Source: Vicugna vicugna (taxonomy: Eukaryota). Taken from it: a stretch of 35,206 bases of DNA. The position numbers and the translations under genes are program-made. Shown here piece by piece: positions 7,416 through 20,637 of this stretch (position 1 is the stretch's first letter; every line of letters begins with the position of its first letter). The DNA lies in contig PNXW01002911.1 of NCBI GenBank assembly GCA_013265495.1, positions 1-35,206 on the forward strand. Reading direction: 5' to 3'. A model generated the notes under the pieces. That model searched no databases and had not been told where the DNA came from. It worked only from the letters and a program-made list of their open reading frames with translations.

Positions 7416-9872
7416 AAGAGTGGGGATTAAAACCCAAGGATCCTACTTTTGTTTCTAAGGTAGACTTTCCAAATCAAGAGATGAAATACATTTTGAGCCA
7501 GTATCCCCATGGATTGATTGTAGAATTTATAAATTTACTTTTATTGATGGACTTATAATAAGTAATGGAATTTACTGGACTTCCACACGTGTATAGTGAC
7601 ATAGTGGATCCTTAGCCCTTATAATAGGGCCTTATTCATAACACAGAATATGACCTAATTTGATCTCAGTTGATCTCATTTGATCTATAGTTTATTGATT
7701 TCATAAATATCAAGTTGAGTTGATTCCTTCTATTCCTAGTTTTCCGAGTTTTCTGTTTGTACCATGAATGGGTGTCACACTTGGTCAGATACTTTTTAAG
7801 CATCAGTTGATGTGATCAGATGATTTCTCTTCTTTAGCCTGTTGATGTGGTGGATTATACTGATTGACTTTTAAATATTGAACCAGACTCGTATCCTTGA
7901 AATAAACTCCACATGTTCTTTATATGTTCCTGGATTTTATTTTCTAATATTTTGTTAAGAATTTTTGCTTGTATATTCATGAGGGATATTTGTCTGAAGT
8001 TATAATTTTTGTACTACCTTTGTCTTACTTCAGTTTCAGGGTAATAGCAGCTTCATGGAATGAGTTGAGAAGGGTGCCTCCTCCTCTGTTTTCTAGAAAA
8101 GATTGTGGAGAAGTTCTAGCTGGGGAAAGAAGGCAAGAAAGGGAAATAGAAGACATAAATTAGGAAGGAAGAAATATACTGTCCCTATTTGCAAGTGACA
8201 TGATAGTCTATGTACAAAATTCAAGGAAATCTACAAAAAACTTCAAGAACTAAAAAGTGAGTTCAGGAATTTAGACTATAAAATAAACGTTCAAAAATCA
8301 ATTATGCTTCTGAATGTTAGCAATGAAAATGTATAAACCAAAGTTATATAAAAATACCATTTATATCCATTCAAAATTAGTTGTAAATTTAATAAAACAT
8401 GCAGGACTTGTATACTGAAAACTACAAAACACTGATGAAATAAATCAAATGAAGAAACAAACCATGTCCATTGATTGAAAGACTCAACATAGTAGAGCAT
8501 TGCAAAGATGTCATTTCTCCCCAAATTAACATACAGATCCTATAAATATCTCAGGGAGATTTTTATAGATGTAGACAACATTATATTGAAAAGTGAAGGA
8601 ACTAGAATAGCTTAAACAATTTTCAAAAAGAAGAATAAAGTAGGAGAACTCACTCTACCCTGAGTTCAAGAATGATGATATACCACAGAAACCAAGGCTG
8701 TGGTGGTCCTGGTGAAAAGAGAGGCACAGAGATCATTTGGATAGAATAAAGAACTTAGAAATAAACCCATACAAATACAGTCAACTGATTTTTTTCTAAA
8801 GGTGTAAAAGCAATTCAATGAAAAATGAATAATCTTCATAATAAACAGTGCTGGAGCAATTGGATGTCCACAAGCAAAAAAAAGAAAACAAAACAAAACA
8901 AAAGTTTCAACGTAAGCCTCACATGTTATACAAATACTAACTTAAACTGATTAATACGTTTAAATGTGAAATGTAAAACTATAAACATTTTGAAGATGAC
9001 ATAGGAGAAAATTTTCAGTACCTAAAGTGAAGATTTATTAAGGACAACACAAAAAGCATTATTCACACAAAAAATGATAAATTAAACTTTATGAAAATTA
9101 TAGACTTTTGCTCTAGAAAACCTTATTAAGGAAATTGAAAAGACAAAAGACACAGACTGAGAGAAAATATTTGCAAGTGATATATCTGACAGCAGACTCA
9201 CATGTAAAACATATAACGAACTTTCAAAAATCAATATAAAAATAGCAAATAATCTAATTAGAATATAAGCATAGAGAAGAGAAATTTCACTGACAGGAGT
9301 ACATTATGGCAAATTAGTACATGAAAAAATGTTTAATGTCATGTTTAATGTGCCATTAGCAAAATACAAACTTAGATAACAATGATGTATTAAGCCACAC
9401 CTCTTAGAACAGCTGAAATAAGAAATAGTGACAATACCAAATCAGCATTTGGGAAGGACGTGGGGCAAGTGGATCTCTCATATATGGCTGGTGGGGATAT
9501 AAAATGGTATAGACACTTGAAAACAGTTTGGCAGTTTCTTAAAAGAACTAAATATATACTTATTATAAAATCCAGCAATAGTATTTCTGGGCATATATTG
9601 CACATTTATTGGAAATTTATGTCTACACAAAAACCTGTACACAGTTATTTGTAGAAGCTTTATTTGTAATAGCCCCAAACTAGAAGCAACCAAACTGTCC
9701 CTTGGGAGGTGATGGTTAAACAAATAGTGGTACATCCATACCATGGAATATTACTCAGTAGTGATCAGGAATGCCTGCACACCTTGGATGGATTTCAAGG
9801 ACATTACAATGAATGAAAAAAGCCAATCTCAAGAGATCACATGCAACATAATTTCCTTTATATAACATTCTT

Positions 9873-9923
9873 TTTTTCAACATTTTTTATTGATTTATAA
9901 TCATTTTACAATGTTGTGTCAAA
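9873..9923 (-). mobile_element. Extremely 5'-truncated young L1 3' end
   Basis: 16-bp TSD tttatataacattctt (9857-9872 / 9924-9939); insert matches the 3' end of the L1 at 34929-35125. Confidence 0.85.
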
Positions 9924-10154
9924 TTTATATAACATTCTTGAAATGACAGACAGAGTTATAGAAATGGGAAAACAGATTAGTGGCTGCCAAGGGTTAAGGA
10001 TGGTGTTGAGCAGAGAATGTGAGCACGACTGTGAGGAAATAGCATAAGGGAGATGTTTGTGCTGGTGGAATATTTCTGTTTCTTGGTTGCAGTCATGCTG
10101 GGTAATGATGTAAATCAAATCACAGATTTTGTCCCACCTGGAGGAAAGAAATAT

Positions 10155-10222
10155 GAGCATGCCTTGAAGACATTGTGGGTTTGATTCCAGACTACCACAA
10201 TAAAGTGAATATCACAATAAAA
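10155..10222 (+). mobile_element. Tigger1 5' terminal fragment
   Basis: gcatgccttgaagacattgtgggtttgattccagactaccacaataaagtgaatatcacaataaa. Confidence 0.7.
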
Positions 10223-10494
10223 ATGACACAGAACTATCCATGCACATAGTACTAATGTCCAATTCCTGATTATAATATTATGCTATAATTATGTAAGATG
10301 CAGCCAGTGGGGAAACAGAGTGAAGGGTACATGGGTCTTCCTGATTACTACTTTTGCAGTTTCCTGTTTAATCTATATTTTAAAATAAAAGTAAAAAAAA
10401 ATACATGTTTTATTTCAGTGCATCATGGTTATCTAAAGAATATACAGATGCCAAATATGCTTTTTAGAGATGTAGTGCCACTTATTTTGAAAAC

Positions 10495-10980
10495 TTTTTT
10501 ATTGAGGAGAAATCACATAACATTAAAAAAATAACTATTTTAAAGCATACAGCTCAAGGGCTTTTAAGTACACAAAGCTGTGCAATCATCATCACTATCT
10601 AGGTCCAAATCACTTCATCAGCCTGAAAGGAGACCCTGTACTCATTTAGCACTCACTACCGCTATCTACTCCCCGCTACCTGCAGCCCCTGGAAAGCCAG
10701 TCATCTACTTGCGATCTCTACTAAGGATTTACCTGCTCTGGATATTTCATATAAGTGAAATCATACAATATATGACCTTTGTCACATGCTGCTTTCACTT
10801 GGCATAATGTTTTCAACTTTCATCCATGTTGTTGAATATATCAGTACTTTATTCCTTTTGTGACTGAATAATATTCTATTATAAGGTTGCACCATGGCTC
10901 GTCTATCCTTTCATCTGTTGATGGACAATTGGGTTGTTTCCACCTTTTGTCTATTGTGAATAGTCTTGCTATAGACATGT
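10495..10980 (-). mobile_element. L1 (L1MB-like) 3' UTR fragment
   Basis: tttttattgagg...ctctggatatttcatataagtgaaatcatacaatat...gatggacaattgggttgtttccacc. Confidence 0.8.
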
Positions 10981-11639
10981 GTTGGCAATTTAATACAAGA
11001 AAATAGTTCATGCTTTCCTTGCAGAAGGTGTAGAATCCATGTAGGTTATGTATGGTGGGTTACAACCAGTAACTCTAAGCTTTTGTCATTTATTTGGGAA
11101 AGATGACTTGTCACTGTGCTTTTCTTAGTCATTCATTCATCCCAGGTGAATCAAATATTGGAGCACTTAGAGATAACACAGGCACTGACTGCTTATTTTG
11201 GGAGGAAAATATAAGGACACTTTATGAAATCAGAGACAAAATGTCATCATAAAAGCAATTGTAAATTATTAGATGAGAGTCAACATTGTTCTCATAAGTG
11301 ATCAAGACATAAATATTTTATTCTTTAAAGGCTTCAAAAACATAAAATAGGAGATAAAGTTCTTCAACAATAAAACAATGTGAACCATGGAGATGCTTAA
11401 TCTCTTGGGTTCAGTTTATTTAATATGTAGTCATCTTTTTGTCCTTAAATGCTTTAGAAATTAAATATATAACACTTTAAAGTCACTAAAGTCATTGTTT
11501 TCTAATCCTAGAACTAAATAACTCTCCAGAAATGTTTTTAGGGCATATCCAAGTAAGTTTACTCTTTCTTTGTACAGAACCAGTCCAGCTCTTTTCACAG
11601 CCTCTTTTCCTGGTTAGCTCTTTCAATTTGAAGCCATTT

Positions 11640-11999
11640 CTTTCCCAACCGTGCTGCATGTTAGAACCACCTAGTTCATTTCCTAAAATACCTTTGTCTA
11701 TGCTGCCACCCAGATCAACTAAATCAGAATCTTTAGGAACTAGCCCAAGCATCTTATTTAAGTAAAATTCTCAAGTGATCCTAAGATGCTACCAGGGTGA
11801 GGGAATAATGATTCAAGCCAGTGGTTCTCAAACTTGGATGAGCATCAGAGTTCCCTACAAGACTTGTTAAAAAGAAGCTGGGTCCCACACTTTGGATTCT
11901 GATTCAGTGGTTCTGGGTGGGACCTGACATTTTACGTGATGAACAAGATCCCCAATGATGCTGATGTTGCTAGCCCAGGATCCAATTTTGAGGACAATG
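11640..11999. mobile_element. Two adjacent MER5-type hAT MITEs (~11640-11812 and 11819-11999)
   Basis: cagtggttctcaaactt...gattctgattcagtgg...ttttgaggacaatg; upstream copy has cccagatcaactaaatcagaatct. Confidence 0.7.
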
Positions 12000-12104
12000 A
12001 ATTAGTGTCCTTTTCTCTCAGTGACGATGAGTACTGGCTGAAGACCTCCATATAAATACCTTGAAAATTATTTTTTTAACCTATTTTGAAGAATTTCCTT
12101 TAGC

Positions 12105-12365
12105 ATATTAATTAAGATGATGGGCCTTGCAGTCAGAAGGCCTGATTAAAAATGCCCCTTCTTCTATGTAACTTTGGTCAAATTTCTAATTTTTTTCTTT
12201 TTCTTTTTTCTTTTTTTAATGGATGCACTGGGGATTGAACCCAGTACCTTACAGTTCCTTATTTTTTAGAGCTCTGCTTTCTTCATCTGTGAAATGGGTA
12301 TGATATGCTTGTTTTAAGTGTTAAATTTGATAATATATGTAAAGTGATTGACATACAATAAATAG
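12105..12365 (+). mobile_element. MIR with an inserted tRNA-SINE 3' fragment (~12190-12250, minus)
   Basis: MIR core ttcttcatctgtgaaatgggt; insert ttttttttaatggatgcactggggattgaacccagtacct. Confidence 0.65.
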
Positions 12366-12554
12366 AATCTTTAACTTTTCTTGATAGCTTTCATTTCCAA
12401 CTATCACAACTTTCCTTTATTCTAACTGGCTGTCAAATTCTGTTCTTCTTGTTGGTTAACAAATAAGGAAATGTATGTTAAAAATCAAGAAGATAATTAA
12501 TTTGGGAGTTCAGCTGAAGCTCTCAAAGAACTGACTGAGGGTATTTACTGGTTG

Positions 12555-12770
12555 TATGTAGTGGGTAAAAGCTTCAGCTCTGGAGTCAGAAAACCCAGGG
12601 TTTGTGTTCTGTCTGAAACTTCTCTAAGTTTGTTTTCCTCTGTAAAGTGATGGTAATAAGAGTTCCTACACACTGAGTTACTGTGATTGTAACAGAACAG
12701 ATAATGCAATGCAGGGATTAGACAGTCCTGGGCATGTCTTAGGTACTCAATAAATGTTAACTATTATTAA
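12555..12770 (+). mobile_element. MIR SINE
   Basis: gctctggagtcaga...ctctgtaaagtg...taggtactcaataaatgttaactattatt. Confidence 0.75.
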
Positions 12771-13399
12771 TCTGAGGGGTAGTTGATTCCTAACTGCTCC
12801 TTTAAATATTAACTCTCATTTTCCTCTTTGAGCTGATGTGTTTTTATAGTTCTTTGTGGTATGTCAGGAAGGAATGCAAATTCCCCACGGAGAATGCAAC
12901 TCTGGAGAAGAAATTTGTTTACTGTTTCTGCAACACTCTTCTAAATGCAAGACTGAGAAGGAGTGAAGAGTTACTCTTCAGACAGTAAATAACTTCACTA
13001 TTATTTCCATTGTGAGAATCAAGAGAAGAGATGTTGAAACTCTTGGTCAATCATTAGTTTCCTTTTCAGACCCTCACTTGGGCACTTCTGTCAGTGGACA
13101 GCATTACAAACAGGGCTGCCAGTCCCCCTCTGTGGCTTCCTGATTGGGATGTAGGGAAGGCCTTCACATGCTCTCTGGCAGTGTAAGTGCAGGCACCTCT
13201 ATTCAAAAGCTTTTTTGTTTTTTGTAATTTTAATTTGACTACAGAATGGAAACCATGCCCAAATGCTCTGGATGTGATGCCAACTGATCTCGTGGCACAG
13301 CGGCATCTACAATAGTCTTTTCCACAAATATATTAACAGGAGGTGGTTTCTTCATTCAGTTCGCAGGAAAGGATAACTCTGCTGCTGATAGCACTCAGT

Positions 13400-13685
13400 C
13401 ATGTTTCCTAAAGTTTGGTACACATCCCACGGGGGCTATGAAATATTTGATGGGTGCTGAATGGACAGGCACTTATTTTAATATTCAGTGTTTAATATAC
13501 ATTAGGAAAAAGCACACATGCTTGTTTTCCCAGATACTCTTGTTTAAAGCAAATCTAAGATACATAGAAAGCTTAAAATTTGAGGTAAGGAAATATTAGG
13601 TGAACAATAGTATAAGGGGCATGTATGCAGTTTTGATAAATACAGTGAAGGTGAATGTGAATGTGATATAAATTTGGGAAACGTG
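13400..13685. mobile_element. hAT-Charlie-type MITE
   Basis: Imperfect terminal inverted repeats catgtttcctaaagttt / aaatttgggaaacgtg. Confidence 0.5.
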
Positions 13686-14547
13686 TTGTAAAATATGCAG
13701 GCTGTTTGGTGCCCCAGGAGCTAAAAAATGATCCATCTGTATATATCACAAGTAGGGGAACATTTAGCTGTAGAGAATGAAATGGGTATGACAGTCTTTT
13801 CTAATTTTTCGTTCATGTATGGTTATCTTCTATGCCAGCTTTCCTTTATTTGTCGCAATTCTCCCCTTTAAAGATTTTACTAAATATAAAAGAAAGATAA
13901 AGAGGAAAGAACCAACACACATATTCAGTGAAAAAGAAAGTGTAAATTTTCAGATTAATGGGTACTTCATTTAAGATGGCCATTAATATGATCAGACTTT
14001 CTTGTCAATTTATGAAGAGCCTGGCTCAAGCCATTATATTTTCACATGTTTTATATAGCACTGGAATTTATTTTGTAACTTAATGGCCAGATTCTTAATC
14101 TTATTGGATCCTGAAGGGAAGCAAAATCAGTACTGGAAAAAAAATAAATAAAATAAGTTTTCTTTGCTTATGTGCAAGTCATGCCAAGCTGTATGTTTCA
14201 TGTAAGATTAATAGTAGAGTGTTTCAGTTCTTTTTTATCAGAAGCAAAAACTGGCTACTTTATCTCCCCAATCCAGGAAACAGAATGGAGTGATATATGC
14301 CACAAGTCCAGGCATAAAATAAGCTCTTGAAATTAAGGTCTTCTAAGTTGAATTGGCCAGAAATGAGTCAGAGAACAAGTCATGGTGATGAAGCCATAAA
14401 TGGCATCCACATTGCTACCATGGTTTCCAAGGAATAATATTCTCATCGTACTACCAAATGTGACTGGTTTATATTTCTGCCTTACTATTGTCACTGTGAA
14501 GTAGTATATATATATATATTTTTTTTACTAAATTGTTTTCAACTTGT

Positions 14548-15030
14548 TTCATTTGTTCAACAAATATTTATTGAGCACCTTTGATGTGTCAAGCACTCAC
14601 TGTTTGTAGCAGTGAGGAAAACCACTGAAGTCCCTGCCCTCAAGGAAATCAGACAAGGAAATCTGTTTATGTAAACTACCATTGTGAACATGATTACCTT
14701 CCTACATTAAAATGTACTTCTTAAATATTCTTATTTTCAAGAGGCTCAGAAATGATTTTAAACAATTAAGAATTAATTGGGAATAGAGTTAAGTCATAAA
14801 ATTCAGTTAAACAAGTTTAGAGGTAGCGCACAAGAAAGTGAACTCACATTTAAAGACAACAAGAATGAACATTTAGAGCACTTGATATGCTCTGGACACT
14901 TTGCTCAGCACTCTGTATTTATTATCTCATTTAATCTTCACATCTCCCTTATATAAGTGGCACTATATTATCACCCTCATTTTATGGATGAGGACACTGA
15001 ACTTAGAACAATTGAATGTCTTGTCCAATG
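14548..15030 (-). mobile_element. L2 3' end (~14548-14650) and MIR (~14860-15030) fragments
   Basis: tcatttgttcaacaaatatttattgagcacc; ttatctcatttaatcttcac...cattttatggatgaggacactga. Confidence 0.7.
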
Positions 15031-17515
15031 TAATCCAAGCTTGTTTAATGGCACAAATAAAAAATAAAAACAAAAGGAAAGCAATCTGCCCCCCACCTTA
15101 ACCACCATAGCACAGTTCATCCATCCTGGCAGGGGGAAAGAGAAAAAATTAGATTAACACAGAGTATGAATACAAGAGTAAAAATCAAAAAATGGTAGAT
15201 TTTAGAAAAATTCAGGGATCCTATTTCCATATTTTTATCTGAGTTTGCAATATTTGTGATTGATCCGCCCCCGCCTCCCCATCTCTGACAACAGGTTGTC
15301 ACATATTTCTAATCACAAAGGCAAAATCACAGAAAGTCCTGTATTTTCAAGCCACTGCTCAATGGAGGGCACTTATCAGCTTTGGCTACTAGGATTAGCC
15401 ACCACTCAAGTGCTACTGGATTCAAGAGTCTTCAAATGGGGATTCCAGCCATTCCTTTCAAATACATAATAGTTCTGAGTTTTGGAGAACATGTAACATA
15501 CGTATTTTTCTTGAATTTGGAAAATTTAGGGCAGAGAAGCCGTTGTGTTTTTCTCTCCTCTAGGGATTAAGACTTAATATAGGGGAAAAAGCAAAGGAGA
15601 CAATAGATGCAAAGTGGTCTATATGTGTTTTTGTGTAATAAAATCTCATTGCACTGAGTCTCCAGTGGAAATCCTCTTCCATCCTGGTGGGAAGGGAGCG
15701 CTGGCATCTGCACGTGTGCTGGGTACCTTCTCCAGCTGCTTGTTTACTTTTCTCAATTGGGTACTTGTAGAAGTTACCTCCACTGTGGAATTAACAAGTA
15801 ACCTTACCCTGAAAAGTATTTCTGCAGTGTTTCTTGAATGGTTCTTCAACCACAACAATGCTTGTGAGTGGCTGGGAGTGTTAGGTTCTGTTCTGCTGCC
15901 ACTTCTGGGATTTTCTTTGAAATCTGTGGACTCTGAGTCTCTTACGTGTCTCTTCAGAAAGTGAGGTTTTGGGACCTAGGCAAGATCAGCACATGAAAAC
16001 CTCCAAGAGAGAATAATACTTTCCTGTCTTTAGATCTCTTCATCAAGGATAAAGGTGAGTGAGTCAGCCAGACAGCTGAATCACAAATACTCATCAGTTG
16101 CCTCCTATGTGCCAGGAAGAGGGGACAGAGTGACCAATGGCTGGCACAGCCCCAGTCCGAGGGAGGCTGTCACCTAGTGTGGAAGAGCGACATGGAATAA
16201 GTGACTTTGTGTTCACATCAACAGTCGAAGGAGCCCAGAAGTTAGTTATTCCCATACATGGAGTAGGGGCAAACGATTTTTCTCACTCACTCTAAAGAAG
16301 CCACTTGCCCCCAAGCGTATATTTTACTGAAAACAATAAGAGGGATTTTTATCTCACAGGACGGGAAACACCATTTCTCACCAAACCTGTGGACTTGATC
16401 TATATTCCCAAGTTCCTCACAGCCATAGAGCCACAGGTTTTCTCTCTCTTTTGACTCTTCTCCAAACCTCTCTAGTTCCAGTCCTCCATTCCAGATCTTT
16501 CCTTGAATCCTTTCTCTCCTTCCTTAAATAGAACAAATTAATTCTGTTTCAGCTCTTTCTAACTTTCATAGCTGCCTCTAAAAACTGATTTAGCAAGCAG
16601 CATACCTGCCAATTATCAGGAATTTCTCTCATTAAAAGGCAAGGGGATAATATGTAATACTTTTGATTTCCTCACCTATGTCTCCACCCACTGCAGTGTT
16701 TCCACCTCTTTGCAAAGTCTTCCCAATTGGTTTGAGAGTTCCCAGCTGATATTTCACATGTACTTACAAAGTGCTGTCAGTCACCAGATGACATCCTCCA
16801 CCTGTTTACTTTTCTGTTTTAGCCCCCTGTGGTTTTCCTATCTGTGGCGGATAACTTCGATGCCTACATAGTCACATAGTCCAGTGAAGGGGCCTTGGCT
16901 CTGCCTCCAGGATTTTCAGCCAAGCTCCCTCCTTTTAGACAGAGCTGCCAGTCCACAGCCTGCTGATATTCGAGTGCCAGAGCAGAGCCATAGAATCTGA
17001 TGCCCCTAGGATATAGAATATATTCTAAGAATATGTGCTGAGTGACATTGTGTTCATCGTGCAAGGAGGGAGAATGCTTTCCCACTCCTTTTGTCATCAG
17101 AGAGGTCATATGAACACTAGAGGGTTTTTCCATTGACAGCATTTTTGGACTAACAGCATCCTCTTGCTGTGTAGTCTCATTATATTCTTTGCTTCAGAGA
17201 ATTAGGATTTAACATGCCATTACCTGAAACATGTTACTGATGATGATAGTCTTTTTAAAGATTATATTTGTATTACACATATTTTACTCACATTACTATC
17301 CACTAGAATGGGGCTTCCATTCTAGGCTGTCATTTTCCCAGGGCCTAGAATAGTATATGATCCATAGCAGATAGATAATAATTATTTGTTGATTGAATAA
17401 ATGGATGCATTGTCTCTGTGTTGCAATCTACACTTTACTATATGTCATTAACATTTTGGATTATATACCTTACCTCCCTAAGTAGATTTTAAGTTGTCTT
17501 TTAAGCAAGGACTAC

Positions 17516-18004
17516 GTGGGGGAGGAAAAATTATTTTCTCTCTACACTTCCAGGTTCATGGCTAAGACCCTTCTGTAATAAAAAACATATTAACAGGAGA
17601 AAAACAAATAGAAATTTAATAACTGGTATACCAGTATACCTTCACATGGGAGATACCCAGGAAAACTGAGTAACTCCCCAGAATGACCCAACCTCCCACC
17701 TTAAATACTGTTTCCAGCTAAAGACAAAAAAAGGCATTCAGTGAGGAGAGCCTGGTTTTCAGGCAAAGCACAGTAAACAAAGTTATGGTTGTTATGAAGA
17801 TTTAAGTCCATGTCTTTTCATTGATAGAGTTGCTAGAGGTTTAGTCACCCTCCTTTTCATGGTACAGAAAGCTAGACACCCTTACAAATGGAAATTTCCC
17901 TAATAAGTGAAAATTTCTCTTATGAAATGGTAATTTCTACTCGGTTTTCAGTGTCTGCTGTTTCTTAAAAATTTTTTTAGGGTGACTTATTCTGCTCCCC
18001 TTCA
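17516..18004 (-). mobile_element. Solo ERV1 LTR (MER34/MER39-like)
   Basis: Ends ttattctgctccccttca; flanked by direct repeat actac (17511-17515 / 18005-18009). Confidence 0.75.
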
Positions 18005-18484
18005 ACTACATCCTACAATTATTTACAATTATGATCATATTGATTATTCCCTCTGGAATACGGGGAGAGCTGATTAGGAATTAAAATGATTAACCTGTGC
18101 ACTCCTTCAGCAAATGAATCACTTTAAATGCTGTCAATGGAAAACCCCAGGAGATCATTTTAGGTAAGGTTTTTGTTTGAAGTTTTAAATGCATAAAAAG
18201 CTAAAAACTAGCAATTTACTAACCTAAAATATTGCCCTAGTTTGAGTACAACAGCATTCATAATAGTCACAGGTTCCCTTCATTTTACACAAGAGGTATT
18301 AACAACTTAAAACTTGCTACTAGAAGTAAAATGTCTTTATCTATTGTGTAAAGGTATATGGGAACATATGTCTCTTTGGAGACTCTTTGGAGACCTAAAC
18401 ATAGGTAATATCGGCACAAGTTACTTTTCATGTGTCAGATATATGTGATTTCAGCTGAGAAATTAATGGACACATGTTGTAAGC

Positions 18485-18670
18485 CAGCGGTTCTTAGAGT
18501 TTTGCCCTTGTGCTAATTGCATAACAGCACCTGAAACTTGTTACACATGCAAATTGTACAAGCCCGCCCCAGATCTACTGGATTACAAAGTCACAGGATC
18601 TGGGTGAGCACTATGGGCTTTAACCAGCCCTCCAACTGATTCAGATCGATGCTTGCGATAGAGAAACAAG
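18485..18670. mobile_element. MER5A-like MITE
   Basis: cagcggttcttagagt...acttgttacacatgcaaatt...ttaaccagccctccaactgattc. Confidence 0.65.
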
Positions 18671-19699
18671 ATCCTAGTAAACCACCACAAGATCCTACCA
18701 CCATTGCTGAGAGCAATGCACTATTAAGGGGGGCATCCTCATACTTCTCAAATCTTAGATGTTGAGGAATTTATCAATAAAACTTACATCCTAAAGACTT
18801 CCAAAGCAAAGACTTAAACAGCTTTTTTTTTTTTTGGCTTAGTGAATTAAACCCAAATCTTAAATTTTGTAACTCAAGCGTAAAAAGCCAGTTGCAGGGG
18901 GACACTTTGGGGAACTGGAAAAAACAGGAATTATATGATTTGCTCTCAATAAGTTCTGATAATTAGTTCTTTGAGTTGTTCATATGTAGATGTAGACATG
19001 ACCCATTAGCTTCCAATTCTAAAGCAAAATGAAGTATTGGCTATTTTAGAATTTCCCACCCAACTATGAAATATATATCAGTAACACCACTATAAAGAGC
19101 TTCCCTTGCTTGAATCCTGTGAACCGCAGTTATAAGGTAAGGAGCTCCTAATGTGTAAATGCAACCTGAAGTTCTGTTCATTTTGAGGACTCTAACTCCT
19201 ACTGAGAATAGAAAAGAATGATGCATAGAACTTTTATGTCCCAGCCATAACCTCCAATTTCTCCCTTATGGTTTAAAATGGATTACTCACCTTGGATCTG
19301 TCTTTACTTTTTCTTGATATAGTGTGTGTGTGTGTGTTATGTGGGCAGAGAAGGAGTTTAAACTTATCCCTCTCTTTGCCCTTTATGAGGCAGACTCAAG
19401 CTATTATCAACTTATTATCCCACAAATACCTGATTCCATCAATATTTGTGTAACGATACTATATATTTAATAATAATTCATTTATATATAAGCTTATTTT
19501 TAGAACTTTTTAAAATAAAGATTTTTCAACTGTTTCTTGTTTTAATTTTAATTTGATAAGTGTCAAAGTAAGTTTCATTATTTGTATATTTTTCACATTA
19601 TGTCACTATATTTATAGATTTAGTATTTTGTTTATTGGTAAATTGATTATTGAGAAAGTATTTGATTCTCACATGAAATAGTTGCAGATATAGATAGAT

Positions 19700-20148
19700 A
19701 GAGACACCTTATAGATACTGAAGGTTCTGTTCCAGATCATTGCAATAAAGCAGATATGGCAATAGAGGAAGTCAAACAAATTTTTTAGTTCCCTGGTGCA
19801 TATAAATGTTATGTTTATACTACACTGTAGTCTATTAAGTGTGCAATAGCATTATGTCTAAAAAATGTATATGCTTTAATTAAAAAATACTTTCTTGCTA
19901 AAAAATGCTAACCAGAACCTGAGCCTTTAGCTAGTCATAGTCACTGGTTTGGATCACCATAACAAATACAATAATAAAAGGAACTTTGAAATAATCTGAG
20001 AATTACCAAAATGTGATGCAGAGACATGAAATGAGAAAATGCTGTTGGAAAAATAGTGCCAATTGATTGATTTGCCACAAAACTTGAATTTGGCAAAAAG
20101 GCAATATCTGTGAAGCACAATTTAAAAAAAAGAAAGCACCATAAAGCT
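19700..20148 (+). mobile_element. Internally deleted Tigger1 derivative
   Basis: Tigger1 5' end (…ctacactgtagtctattaagtgtgcaatagcattatgtctaaaaaa) joined to its 3' end (…gagaattaccaaaatgtgatgcagagacatgaa…gcaatatctgtgaagcacaat). Confidence 0.85.
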
Positions 20149-20261
20149 CTATATCACCAAACTGTTCTCCAGAGCATCTGGCATAGTGACCTCTAACTAC
20201 AGTATTTCTATCTATCTTTATATTTATATATAAATATACATTTATATAGTGCACATTATAT

Positions 20262-20637
20262 AACTAACTACATTATATTATAGACATTATATCTAATTAG
20301 AGTGTATATTTATATATTGTGTAATATTACATATTTATAAAATTTACATATACAATTTTATGTATATGTAATGAAGTTAGAATGAAAATTGGAATGCTTG
20401 TAGCTAACCCTACAAAACTGTAATGTGTTTTCTTGTAAAAATCTTTAAAAACTAACTACATTATATTGTAGACATTATATCTAATTAGAGTGTATATTTA
20501 TATATTGTGTAATATTACATATTTATAAAATTTACATATACAATTTTATGTATATGTAATGAAGTTAGAATGAAAATTGGAATGCTTGTAGCTAACCCTA
20601 CAAAACTGTAATGTGTTTTCTTGTAAAAATCTTTAAA
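20262..20637. repeat. 188-bp tandem duplication
   Basis: 20262-20449 and 20450-20637, one A/G mismatch seen. Confidence 0.95.

Larger units (their letters stand above)
7700..10402 (+). mobile_element. Old L1 (L1MC-like) with 5' inversion: 7700-~8110 inverted ORF2 piece, ~8110-10402 sense ORF2 3' part and 3' UTR
   Basis: Sense part has LFASDMIVY (RT FADD motif) near 8185 and an L1MC-type 3' UTR ending aaaataaaagtaaaaaaaaa; the antisense part encodes the upstream ORF2 segment (LGIEG..LNLI). Confidence 0.85.

Noticed and set aside
16670..17142. 92-aa minus-strand ORF and nearby gtaagt/gtgagg donors as COL6A4 exons
   Set aside because: No similarity to VWA or Kunitz motifs and no coherent acceptor-donor-frame combination
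19285..19440. Strong minus-strand donor AAG|GTGAGT beside a (CA)n tract, possible non-coding first exon
   Set aside because: Isolated signal with no supporting promoter or ORF evidence
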